DNA from: Chiloscyllium plagiosum
Taxonomy: Eukaryota
NCBI RefSeq assembly: GCF_004010195.1
Contig: NC_057711.1
Coordinates: 73,593,399 to 73,657,398, forward strand
DNA length: 64,000 nucleotides
Direction of reading: 5' to 3'
Shown: piece by piece, positions 14,516 through 26,454 of the stretch
Layout: each line of letters starts with the position of its first letter
Numbering within the stretch: the first letter of the stretch is position 1
Notes under the pieces: model-generated
What the model was told of the DNA's origin: nothing
Databases searched by the model: none
The model's input: only the letters and a program-made list of their open reading frames with translations
Translations under genes and position numbers: made by a program

Positions 14516-15383
14516 CAGATATATCTCCCATTTTCTTTTGACCAAAGCTTTGATCTTTCACCTGGATCTTTTATGAGATGGAAGATTATACAGATCTATA
14601 ACAGATGGAGAAAGTAAAAAACAGAAATAAATGGGTCAGAGTTTGGAAAGATACTTGCAAAGGGAAATGAATAAAATGCAGAATTATAATTTATGACATT
14701 GATTGAACTGGGAGCTGCTGGATTGTTGCACAGGTCACAAGAACATAAGTAACAATATGAAAAAAGTTTAAACTTGTATTTTAGGGAACCTGAAACAAGT
14801 TGTGGAGGCACATTGCTAAGCCAATTGCTGATCTAATGCTGTGGATATACAGAGGAATAACAATATAGTACAAGAACAGATCAGATAATTATCAGTAAAC
14901 CATATTTCACAGCATATTTTTCTTTAAAAATGCAGATTATTTGAACCTGAATAATCTGAACTGGGTAAGATCTTAAGTATTTCCTTTTTTAAATATATTT
15001 GACTGAACCAGTTTCAGATTGATTCCTTTCATATGAGTTGGTGAAGAGCTCACTAATAATTGACAAGTACATGGAATAGTTGCTGGAATTGTTTGGCACT
15101 AGAGTTTGGAATCTCTAATTGTGTATCCTTGAATTTTGATGTATACTAGTCAAACTGTCTTAATACAAGTAAAATTTGGATTGTATTGACAGATCATGAA
15201 GGTTCAATCAAACACAACTGTTAGCTATAGAATTGATAATGTGCATCTTTATGCCAGGCTAATACTGAATAATTTCAACAGGATAACTACTTTTAAGAAC
15301 ATTTATTTTTAATTACATACTACAAAACTGATGTTTATTCTTTAAATCTGTTGTTATTGAGATTATCAATATTCAAACTTATT

Positions 15384-15635
15384 GGACAAAGTTAAAAATC
15401 ACACGACACCAGGTTGTGGTCCAATGGATTTATGTGGAAGTACAAGCTTTTGGAGCGCTGCTCCTTTGTCAGGTAGCTAATAGCGCAGGATCCCCATTAG
15501 GTGCCCCACTAGCTACCTGATGAAGGACCAGTGCTCCGAAAGCTTGTACTTCAAAATAAACGTGTTGGACCACAACCTGATGTTGTGTGATTTTTAACTT
15601 TGTCCACACCTGTCCACACCAGCACCTCCACGTCA
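15384..15635. mobile_element. Family B fold-back mini-element with hammerhead-like core
   Basis: About 95 bp inverted arms (15384-15479 and 15510-15605) plus a one-sided tail; plus-strand core TAC-CTGATGA-A-GGACCAGTGCTCC-GAAA-GCTT-GTA at 15514-15548. Confidence 0.85.
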
Positions 15636-16059
15636 TACTTATTGGGTTCAGTTTGACCTTGTGTGACTGTATGAAATGTGAGGTATCAGACCTGTTATAC
15701 ACCTCTTATTTCATCTCCACTGAAGTATAATGTATGATCAGAAGTTGATCTGTGATTGAACTGTTTGCCCTGTCACACAAAGTCAAAATTGTTCTCTCCT
15801 ATTTGCAGATATTGTCTTCAGATTTAATTTTCCCTTTGTTGATGTAGACAGATACATCCAAGGAATCCATGAATGATCCGCTACTGCAGTTCAAGCATGT
15901 CACTTCTTATCATCAGGAAAAGTTAGGGAAGGCTTTACTCTAGGCTGATCTGTGATAGGTGAGAAAGAAACTCAGGCAAGACATGCTCCATTGTTATCTA
16001 CTACTCTGAGGAATTCCCACAACTCACAAATCAGTGTATAATATTTCTGCTCATAAAGT

Positions 16060-16335
16060 CATAGAGTCATAGAGATGTACAGCATGGAAACAGACCCTTC
16101 GGTCCAACCTGTCCATGCTGACCAGATATCCCAACCCAATCTAGTCCCACCTGCCAGCACCCGGCCCATATCCCTCCAAACCCTTCCTATTCATATACCC
16201 ATCCAAATGCCTCCTAAATGTTGTAATTATGCCAGCCTTCACCACATCCTCTGGCAGCTCATTCCATACACGTACCACCCTCTGTGTGAAAAAGTTGCCC
16301 CTTAGGTCTCTTTTATATCTTTCCCTTCTCACCCT
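16060..16335 (-). mobile_element. CR1/HER1 LINE 3' end
   Basis: RDLRGNFFTQRVVRVWNELPEDVV...GYGPGAGRWD; (GTCATAGA)n tail. Confidence 0.92.
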
Positions 16336-17133
16336 TTGAGTTTCAACTGATGTCATATAATACATTTCCTTTCATGTGTACGACATGAACTCAGAGTGTT
16401 AATAATGAAATATCTTTCTCCAATCTATGGTTGTTATGGGACTGTAGGGGAATTTATATTTTAAATTTTAAATTGGCGATAAGTAAGACAAAGTGATTCC
16501 AACTTAATTTCATCTCCTAGTTCAAGCATTTAGCCTATCTACTAGATCTTGTAGCCAGGCTACATTATAGTTCCCTCTTCCCATCTGAAGTGGCTAACCC
16601 TGTTGTAACACAAGTACCTCAATGTGCCAGTGAAAGTTGTAACTGGGATTTACAATAAATTGACCAGGATCAATAGTGCACTTATCTGATGGGTGGCCAT
16701 ACAGTTCCAGCAGAGTTTTCCAACATTGTGTACAACAGAAAATTTACACTCTCATATCCTTATCATTAATGGAGGACCTGTATACCTTTTGGGAATTTTC
16801 ACACTCCATCACCCTGGGGGAAGCATTGTTCTGGTTATTATATTTACTGAATTTATAGATGCAATAAAAATAAGGTATTAAGATTTATGTGCACGTAATA
16901 GAAGTTTTCAAATGAGAAAACAACTGGCAAATACTTGTACATTGATATGGTAACTCAGTAAAGTTAGTTGCACTTAAAAATTACTTTGAACAAGATTTAT
17001 TTTGTGTTTCTTGATGTTTGTGCCTGACATGTGCCTTCACAAAGATTGAAATGTCATGCTGCTTCTTTTATATATTTTTCATGTTGTTAAGATTTGTGTG
17101 ATGAGATTAATCGTATCTGCTTTCTTAATTTAG

Positions 17134-17313
17134 GTAAATATGGTCATGTCATTGCTGGGCATGTTTTGTCCGATGTTATTCGACATCATTAGTCCTTTAG
17201 AGAACTACCATCCACGAATTGCACTCCAGTGGCAATTGGGCCGCATTTTTGCTTTGTTTCTTGGTAACCTTTACACATTTATTATCGCATTATTGGATGA
17301 AATTAACCTTAAG
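17134..17313 (+). CDS. tmc1: TMC1-like exon D (pore-lining GMFCP helix), GC donor
   Basis: aatttag|GTA AAT ATG...CTT AAG|gcaaga; [60 protein letters not shown]; 180 nt; alternative in-frame GT donor 6 nt downstream (exon end 17319). Confidence 0.92.
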
Positions 17314-17420
17314 GCAAGAGTAATGCAATAGTTTATCATTATATGACTTTACATACCAATTAACGTTTTAGGCTGAAAAAAATTGTATCTCTTTACATTA
17401 TTTATTTTATTTTATTTCAG

Positions 17421-17483
17421 CTTGAAGAGGAAAAGATTGTTAAATACAATATTACTATCTGGGAGAAGAATCTTTATAATGGA
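17421..17483 (+). CDS. tmc1: TMC1-like exon E, 3' part lost in assembly gap
   Basis: ttatttcag|CTT GAA GAG; LEEEKIVKYNITIWEKNLYNG then an N-run; the expected CWET motif is absent from the visible sequence. Confidence 0.9.
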
Positions 17484-17983
17484 NNNNNNNNNNNNNNNNN
17501 NNNNNNNNNNNNNNNNNNNNNNNNNNNNNNNNNNNNNNNNNNNNNNNNNNNNNNNNNNNNNNNNNNNNNNNNNNNNNNNNNNNNNNNNNNNNNNNNNNNN
17601 NNNNNNNNNNNNNNNNNNNNNNNNNNNNNNNNNNNNNNNNNNNNNNNNNNNNNNNNNNNNNNNNNNNNNNNNNNNNNNNNNNNNNNNNNNNNNNNNNNNN
17701 NNNNNNNNNNNNNNNNNNNNNNNNNNNNNNNNNNNNNNNNNNNNNNNNNNNNNNNNNNNNNNNNNNNNNNNNNNNNNNNNNNNNNNNNNNNNNNNNNNNN
17801 NNNNNNNNNNNNNNNNNNNNNNNNNNNNNNNNNNNNNNNNNNNNNNNNNNNNNNNNNNNNNNNNNNNNNNNNNNNNNNNNNNNNNNNNNNNNNNNNNNNN
17901 NNNNNNNNNNNNNNNNNNNNNNNNNNNNNNNNNNNNNNNNNNNNNNNNNNNNNNNNNNNNNNNNNNNNNNNNNNNNNNNNNNN
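17484..17983. other. Assembly gap (500 N) hiding the rest of tmc1 exon E
   Basis: N-run begins mid-exon. Confidence 1.
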
Positions 17984-18623
17984 ATGATAGAATCATTGGG
18001 TGAATCCCTAGTGGTGAAGAGAAGATCTGGCCCTTTATCCCAAACTTGTAAGTACTCAGAGCAGTACGCCTTGATTGTTGTTTTTAGGATCTGGTGGTGC
18101 TGCTCTAGTGCCCCCACAACAGAGGGAGATATGCTGAAGACTTCCACTGGATCACACTCAGTTTACCCATAACTTCCTGGAATACTTTGGGCAGGGAATT
18201 TGAGCACTGATCTGACTGGATTTTAGTCGACAAGGTATACATAGAAATGAGATAGTCAGTACTCCTTAGCAAGGTTCTGAACTTGCTGCTTAACCCTGAA
18301 GGGGAAGATCTGGAATTTGTTTCTTGACTTAAAGATTTTGATTTTTTTTCCCCATTTTTGCCATTTTTCTCATCATTGCCCATGTCACTCAATGGAGCAT
18401 AAAATTCTGGTCACAATTTCTGTTTAAGTCTTGAAGAAATTCTTATAATTAGTGCAAATAGAACATTTGATCTCCAGTTTGCTCAAAATATAAGCTTTGT
18501 CTTAACTTATGCAAGGGAAGATGTGTCCAAACTTATGGAGTAAACAATTGTTATTGATAGCTGAGAGGTTTACTGGAGTCTGAGAAATGTAACCGCATTA
18601 GATTCATTTTCACTTTCTCATAG

Positions 18624-18752
18624 GAGTTTGTACGGCTCACTGTTTCTGATACATTGACTACAGTCATAACTATACTGATTGGAGATTTCCTTCGTGCTGT
18701 TTTTGTCAGATTTGTTAATTACTGCTGGTGTTGGGACCTTGAATATGGATTT
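18624..18752 (+). CDS. tmc1: TMC1-like exon F (TMC domain)
   Basis: ctcatag|GAG...GGA TTT|gtgagt; [43 protein letters not shown]; 129 nt. Confidence 0.95.
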
Positions 18753-18884
18753 GTGAGTACTAACTAATTATGGGCATTATATTCAAATACACATATAATT
18801 ACTGTTTATGATGAATATAAACAGCTGTAATTTGTAATAACTGCTTGGAATAAATCATTGAACAAAAACTATTATTTTGTCTAG

Positions 18885-19076
<192 letters not shown>

Positions 19077-19382
19077 TAATTTTTATGTATGAAGAGGGAT
19101 GAGAGATTCAGTGATATCTACCTTTCTTAAAAGAGAATACATGAAGACAAATATCTGTCATTCTTCCAATTCAATATCTTCATCATTAATGTAGTGAATG
19201 ATGTTAGAAAGAAGTCCCTCAGAACGTTTATTCTGGGATTTTCTGAAAGAAATGTGATGCTCTTTTTTGTAGATAATGCCCTGCTGTTGGCAGAATCACT
19301 TGGGACTTAATAGGTAGCTTTCCAACTTGGAGTTGTGAGCAAGGAGCCTGATCAGTTAGAATATCATGATGGATCTACAGTG

Positions 19383-20165
19383 AGTCATAGAGGTTTTTCA
19401 GGTTGGAAAGCGACCCTTCAGGCCATCATGTATGCACTGGCTACCAAACATCCATCTACTTTAATCCAACTTGCAAGCACTTTATCTGTAGCCTTGTAAT
19501 ATTTATCTTTTCAAATGTTCATCTAAATAATTCTGAAATATCTTAAAGGTCTAGGTAGTAAGTTCCAGATACCCACAACACTCTGGGTAATTTTTTTCCC
19601 TCAAATCCCCTCCAAACCTTTTGCTCCTTATCTTAAAATTGCTGTTGACCTTTCTAATAAGGGGAAACGTTTATCCCTACTCAACCTGTCTGGACTGCCA
19701 ATCAATAGAAATATCTTTCCTGTGTTTACCCTGTCTGGTTCTGTTGCAATTTTATAGGTTTCTATGAGATCGCACCTCATTCTTCTAAACCCAAGTTAAT
19801 ATAGCCCTTACCACTGTAATCTCTCCTCCTACGTCAGTCCTTCTATCACAGGAAACGGTCTGGTAAATTTTCTTTGCATCTTCTTCCATAGCCAGAACAT
19901 CTTTCCTCAGATAAGGAGACCAAAACTGCACACAGCACTTCAGGCGAGGTCTCACCAAGGCCCTGTACAATTGCGGCAAGATATCCCTGCTGTTGTGCTC
20001 AAATGTTTTCACCATGAAATCCAACATATCATTTGCTTTTTTCAAGCCTGATGCACCTATGCAATTACTTTCAGCGATTGGTGTACAAGGACACCGAAGT
20101 TTCCACTGCACCGCCCCCTTTCCTTTTCTATTGTCATTCAGTCTTCCTGTTCTTGCTACCAAAGT
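19383..20165 (-). mobile_element. Two adjoining CR1 LINE fragments
   Basis: 3' end at about 19383-19690; LYRALVRPRLKCCVQFWSPYLRKDVLA at 19785-20162. Confidence 0.85.
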
Positions 20166-20443
20166 ATAGAAAGTACTGAAGTTAGAAGCTTCCTCACAGT
20201 ACTGCCAGGGAAATAATGAAAACGTATCTCAGAGTTATTTTAGACGGCAGAAAAACTTTGAAATACATTTTTAAAAAAACAGATAATCATATTTCATTAG
20301 AACTTTTGTTTGTAGTATTTCTTGATTTGACCAAATAAATCCATCCCTAAAAAACATTAATGTAACAGTATTTGCATAGTAGAAATTTCCTACTGAGTTT
20401 AGAATTATAAGATCATGACTAAAAAATTTTATGATATCTGTGA

Positions 20444-20725
<282 letters not shown>

Positions 20726-21232
20726 TGAATAACATTGCTTAGAAATTGACCAATAATTTACCTAACCATATTTTCACTTGTCATCCACACACGTGCATTT
20801 TCCAGCCATTGGATAACAATCAGGTGAAGAGCTTTTGACAAAGTTTTCAGTCAGTATTCCTCCCAATCTGAAGGGACCCCTATTGTTCTCTGGCAGAGAT
20901 TGACGCACTCAGAATAAGGCCTAGGACCTTTTGGTCTAAGTTACACACTTGAAAAAATATTCTTGGAATTATTATGGAGAGATCAGCAGAATTCCCAGAA
21001 GAACTGGGCAAATGGTTAAAAAGTGCATTTTACACACCGTTTGCTTAAAAGCTTTGTGAGACATGGCAGGAGATCAGAAGAATGCATTGCAAATTCAGGC
21101 TAATTTTTATTACAAAATGGACCATCAAATGATTTTTAAATTATATCAATTTATACCATTGAGGCAAAGCAAACATCAAGGCAAGTATAAACCAAATATA
21201 ATTCCTAAATGATATTAATTCCTATTTTACAG

Positions 21233-21358
21233 TGGGAAAGATAGAATGTTTGATGTTATTCAAGAAACACTGGACAATGACTTTCCAGCATGGTTTGGGA
21301 AAGTTTTCACTGCTGCAACAAATCCTGGTTTGATTCTGTCTTTCATTTTACTTATGGG
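21233..21358 (+). CDS. tmc1: TMC1-like exon I
   Basis: ttttacag|T GGG...ATG GG|gtaagt; GKDRMFDVIQETLDNDFPAWFGKVFTAATNPGLILSFILLM(G); 126 nt. Confidence 0.95.
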
Positions 21359-23056
21359 GTAAGTATTTGGGTTTAAACTTTATTTACAATTTCTGTGTTT
21401 TTAAAGCATTGGTACCTGTTGTCATTTGGATTTTGTTATCTTTCGTTATTAGTAAATCTCTTAAAATATTTCTAAAATTTTATATTTGCAACTTCTAAAA
21501 CCTGTTTCAATAAAAATAATGTTGTAGAACTCTTAAAGGAGGGTTCCGAATTAGCTTTGCTGCTAAGAGAGCAATTCATGAGTGAAAGAGACCTCAGGCT
21601 CCAGATTTTAGCTCTTGTTTGTGGTGAATTAGATGACCCTGAGTGGCTGGCAGTAGGGAAGCTAATTTTGACCTCAATGTCCTTGGTTATGGAAGTAAAT
21701 ATGTATTCAATCATTAGTCCTATGTCCCTGCTGAAGGTTCACATAGAATGTGGATAGTATAGGTTTCATCTGTGTGGTCAACTATTAATGAATAATTTGC
21801 TGACATTGCTGAAGCTCCTAGATAACTTATTGACTCAGCCAAGATATCACAGACAATGAATAGCCAAAGTCAGGTAGATCTTCAACAGATCAGGAGGTGA
21901 AAGAAATAAGCAGAAACAATGAAATTCAAAAGGACGCCATTCAAATAAAATCATTGATATGACTGTCTCATTTAATTCCATGCATGTTCACTTGGGAGTA
22001 ATTATTTATAAGGAAAGCCATGATGTATCATTGGTTTTGAATCAGATCACTGAAATAGCTTCATGAGGCAACTGTGGTGAAAAGTATGAGTAGATTTGAT
22101 AAATATGAGGTTCCAGTGTTACTTTTAATAAATCATAAAGACTCATGGGTCAATTTGAATATCTACATTTGTAATATCCCTCTTGACCAGTACAGATCTT
22201 GATGAGGCTACGTACTTATATAATCCACTGAGTATTCATCTGAGATGCAAACTCCCATGGTTAGATTAAGGAAATCAATTATCTTGTACATTTTTAAGAA
22301 AAAGAGATATGTAGTCGTATCTTTTTGACATGCACTAATCAGAATGTCAAAATTGAAAGGGTGCAACAATTAATGCTACATGAGAAAAGAGTGCTGGTTA
22401 GTTAGTTATTCAGCTCTGATTGGTCAAGATGTTGCCACGGAGAATGTATTAGGAAACTATTGTGCAGTATGTTTTTGTTTAATTCAACAAAGATGTGATG
22501 CCAGAACAAATTTATTTTATATGCAAAGGAAAAGTGCTTGCATATGACTACATTTAGCTTCACACAAGAATAAATGCAAGCCCAAGTGCTAATCTTAAGT
22601 TGGTTGTTAGTATTATTCTGAGACCCAACAGCCAATGCAATTTAAGATTTTCAGTTGGGCTCACAATGTAGCTCAATTATGCCTGCTAAAGCTCTATATA
22701 TTCATTTGTGCTCTGCATGCAAAAGGAATTTATTGAGGTATTATGCCTTTTTTGAATTAATCATAAGCCAGGAGGACAATATCCTTGCTGAAGATTCATA
22801 TGTTTGGAGTGAGGACAGTATAGGACTCATTTTCCATGGCAACAACTCAATTAACCAACTTGCCAATAAATTATGATTTGCCAATAAATTAGTACATTTT
22901 TCTCATGCAGTGTAAATTGTTGTTCCTTTTGAAATTTGGCATTCTTGCACCTATCCTGACGTGGGAACAAAAGGCTTTGACAATACGTCTAGTTTTTTCA
23001 ACAATAGTCAAGCCCTCTGATATCAAGTAATTCTGTGATGTAAATTTTTTTTGCAG

Positions 23057-23135
23057 TTTGGCTATCTATTACCTTCAGGCAACCTCTGAATCATATAAGG
23101 CTGCAAACTTGGAATTAAAGAAGAAACTACAAAAT
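23057..23135 (+). CDS. tmc1: TMC1-like exon J
   Basis: tttttgcag|T TTG...CAA AAT|gtaggt; LAIYYLQATSESYKAANLELKKKLQN; 79 nt. Confidence 0.93.
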
Positions 23136-23309
23136 GTAGGTATTCCATCTAACAAAGGAACAGTGACCCCACCACCTAAATTTTATTAAAAAGTTTAAAA
23201 AATACCAGCATGTTCAAGTTTTCCATTGTCACTACAATTTGTCATCACACCATGTAGTGATAGACTGAGAGAAGACACTTTTGTATGAATTTTAAAATTA
23301 GATTCTATT

Positions 23310-24162
23310 AGAGTCATAGAGATGTACAGAATGGAAACAGACCCTTCGGCCCAACACGTCCATGCAGATCAGCTATCTCAACCTAATCTAGTCCCACTTA
23401 CCAGCACCTGATCCATATCCCTCCAAGCCCTTCTTATTCATATATCCATCCAGATGCCTTTTAAATGTTGCAATTATACCAGCCTCCACCACTTCCTCTG
23501 GCAGCTCATTCCATACACGCACTACCCTCTGCATGAAAATGTTGCCCCTTAGGTCTTTTTAATATATTTCTCCTCTCACCCTAAACCTACACCCTCTAGT
23601 TCTGGACTTCCTCACCTCAGGGGAAAGACCTTGTCTATTTACCCTATCCAAGACCTTCATGATTTTATGATCCTCTATAAGATCAACCTTCAGCCTTCGA
23701 CACTCCAGGAAAAACAACCCCAGCCTATTCAGCTTCTCCCCATAGCTCAAATCCTCCAACCATGGCAACATCCTTGTAAATCGTTTCTGAACTCCTTCAA
23801 GTTTCACAACATCTTTCCGATAGGAAGGACTCCAGAATTGCACGCAATATTCCAACAGTGGCCTAACCAATGTCCTGTACAGCCGCAACATGACCTCTCA
23901 ACCCCTGTACTCAATACTCTGACCAATAAAGGAAACCATACCAAATGCCTTTTTCACAATCCTATCTACTTGCAACTCTACTTTCAAGGAGCTATGAACC
24001 TGCACTCCAAGGTCTCTTTGTTCGGCAACACTCCCTAGGACCTTACCATTAAATGTATAAGTCCTGCTAAAATTTGCTTTCCCAAAATGCAACACCTCTC
24101 AATTATCTACATTAAATTCGATCTGCCACTCCTTAGCCCATTGTCCCATCTGATCAAGATCC
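23310..24162 (-). mobile_element. CR1/HER1 LINE 3' 850 bp
   Basis: LHFGKAN..QRDLGVQVHSSLKV; LYRTLVRPLLEYCVQFWSPSYRKDVVKLEGVQKRFTRMLP. Confidence 0.95.
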
Positions 24163-24163
24163 C

Positions 24164-24690
24164 TTGCTAGATACATTACAAAATTTCTGCTTGAGTAGCA
24201 AGAATGGGAAGACAGATTGTTACCTGAATGGTGATAGATTGGGAAAGGGTGAGGTGCAAGGAGACCTGGGTGCCCTTATACAACTGTCACTGAAAGTAAG
24301 CATTCAGGTGCAGCTGACATTGAAGAAGGCAAATGATGTGTTGGCCTACATCGAGAAAGGATTTACGTATAGGAGCAGGGATGTCTTGTTTCAATTGTCC
24401 AGGGTCTTGGTGAGAATCTGGAGCATAATATGTTGTTTTAGTCTTCTTGTCTGAGGAAGGATGTTTTGACTATAGAGGGGATGCAATGAAGGTTTACTAG
24501 ACTGATTTCTGGGAGAAAGTGAGGACCCTGTAAGTGTCTTTCAAGGATGCCCACCTTGAAGAAGATCTCCTCCTTGCTTCACAAGGACAATCGATGTTTC
24601 AGGCATGTGCCTTTCATCAGGAATGAGCCTGATTTCTGGGATGGTAGGACTGGCTTATGAAGAGAAACATAGATTGGCTATGTCTGCATT
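24164..24690 (+). mobile_element. CR1 LINE fragment of a different subfamily, with a nested family A mosaic at 24515-24628
   Basis: YLNGDRLGKGEVQGDLG..KKANDVLAYI..YRSRDVL; nested insert flanked by TSD CTGATTTCTGGGA at 24502-24514 and 24629-24641. Confidence 0.85.
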
Positions 24691-24879
24691 AACTGTTGGA
24701 TAAAGCCACTCTCAGGTGAGATCAAGGCTGGCAGTTATATTGACTGTGTGCCCTGTTATCTCCCATCAAAGGTTTTGTTGAGGTCTGTTGTTTCCTTCTG
24801 AAGTTAATTGGCTTTCCAATGGTTAGAGTATGTGTGATTGGATTTCAATTGAGGTTGAATGTCCATTATCTCTGTAGGC

Positions 24880-25058
24880 TCCATACTGTCTGGACTTATC
24901 TCTCCACCCTTCAGGCTCTCTGCCTGTATTCTTGGTGAAGGGCTTTTGCCTGAAACATTGATTCTACTGCTCGTCGGATGCTGCCTGAACTGCTGTGCTC
25001 TTCCAGCACCACTAATCCAGACTCTGGTTTCCAGCATCTGCAGTCATTGTTTTTACCT
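24880..25058 (+). mobile_element. Family A PLE 3' end
   Basis: TTGGTGAAGGGCTTTTGCCTGAAAC..GATGCTGCCTGAACTGCTG..CCAGCATCTGCAGTCATTG; same subtype as 761-881. Confidence 0.8.
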
Positions 25059-25629
25059 CTATACTGTCTGTGCTGAGTAGCCTGAGGTGTAAAAACTGTC
25101 TTGGGGGGGGGGTTATAATCTGTCAGTTTGGGTTGATTGTCCTTTTAGGGAGGAGGTGTAACTTGGAATACCAGGCTGAAGAATGGTTCTAGGCAGCTAT
25201 CTCCATTCTGTGAGTTGTGTTTGTGTATTCTATACCTTTTACCTTTTAAATGTTTTGAAATGTCCCAGGTTTTCTCCAGTGTTTTACATATTGGGAATTT
25301 TTACTTGATCCTACACGTCTTCATTTCAGCAGCTGTAAGAAGGATTTTAAATCTATATGAAAATTTCAATTTAGAACAGAGCAGTTAAATCTAATATAGT
25401 CTCAACTGTTTTCGGTGAGAGAAAAGGTCAAATATTCCTCAAACATAAATAACAATGTGTAAGGATATGGTTAAAATGTATGAGAATGGCATTACTTCAA
25501 AGTGCTCATTTGATGTGGACATGATGGCTGAATTAGAGACAAAAAAAGCTGAAGAAGCTAGAATCCAAAGCAGATAAACAGGGGGCTGGAAAAATACAGC
25601 AAGTCAGGCAGCATCAGAAGGCGGAGAAG

Positions 25630-25963
25630 ATCATAGAGTCCCTACAGTGTGGAAACAGGCTCTTAGGCTCAACAAATCTCCTCCGAAGAGTAACCCATCC
25701 AAACCCATTCCCTTACCCTACTACTCTACATTTACCCCTGACTAATGCACCTGACCCACACATCCCTGAACACTATGGGCAATTTAGCATGGTCAATTCA
25801 CCTGACCTGCACATCTTCGGATTGTGTAATGAAACCGGAGCACCTGGAGGAAACCCACGCAGACATGGGGAGAATGTGCAAACTCCACACAGACAGTCGC
25901 CCGAGGCTGGGATCAAACCTGGGTCCCTGGTGCTGTGAGGCAGCAGTGCTAACCATGTGCCAT
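25630..25963 (-). mobile_element. HE1-type shark SINE
   Basis: tRNA-like head TGGTTAGCACTGCTGCCTCACAGCACCAGGGACCCAGGTTTGATCCC, central GTGTGGAGTTTGCACATTCTCCCC..GGGTTTCCTCC domain, tail CCTGTTTCCACACTGTAG shared with the CR1/HER1 3' end. Confidence 0.9.
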
Positions 25964-26151
25964 TTTGGGTATAATTCTTCTTCAGGACTGATGGGCAGAA
26001 TGGCCTTCTTTGCATTAACACTTCTGTGATTTGATAGTGAACAAGCTGCCTCTTTTATAATACTTAGTAGAATGCAAATTGAATATCATTTGCCCCCTCT
26101 TTAATCACACTGGACAGATAATTAATTCATTTTTGTTGAAATTATTGGTAG

Positions 26152-26239
26152 CAAAGTGATGAAAATAAAAAGAGAAACAAAAAGAATGCCAAAGCTGCAG
26201 CAAATCAGATGGAAGAACTACAGAATTCCATGCAGAAAG
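26152..26239 (+). CDS. tmc1: TMC1-like exon K (cytoplasmic tail)
   Basis: ttggtag|CAA...AAA G|gtaagg; QSDENKKRNKKNAKAAANQMEELQNSMQK, resembling the TMC1 tail QALENKMRNKKMAAA as I recall it; phase 0 in, phase 1 out. Confidence 0.85.
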
Positions 26240-26274
26240 GTAAGGAAAAGGAATCTAGGTGAGCAGTAAAAAGA

Positions 26275-26454
26275 GAATTGATGTTTCGGGCATAAGCCCT
26301 TCTTCAGGACATGGAGATAGGCCCTTTCCTGAAGAAGGGCTTATGCCCGAAACGTCGATTCTCCTGTTCCTTTGATGCTGCCTGACCTGCTGCGCTTTTC
26401 CAGCAACACATTTTTAAGTTCTGATCACCAGCATCTGCAGTCCTCACTTTCTCC
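26275..26454. mobile_element. Family A fold-back mini-element with hammerhead cores on both strands
   Basis: Inverted repeat 26275-26309 / 26327-26361; plus core CTGAAGA-A-GGGC-TTAT-GCCC-GAAA-CGTC at 26329-26356; perfect TSD GAGCAGTAAAAAGA at 26261-26274 and 26455-26468. Confidence 0.92.

Noticed and set aside
15384..15605. MITE / DNA-transposon interpretation of the palindromes
   Set aside because: One-sided tail, variable spacer, a 12 bp TSD on the sister copy and hammerhead cores fit a Penelope-type origin better.
17383..18147. Long ORFs of about 200 aa in the ORF track (also 54384-55167 and 57965-58561)
   Set aside because: They are artefacts of translating N-runs.
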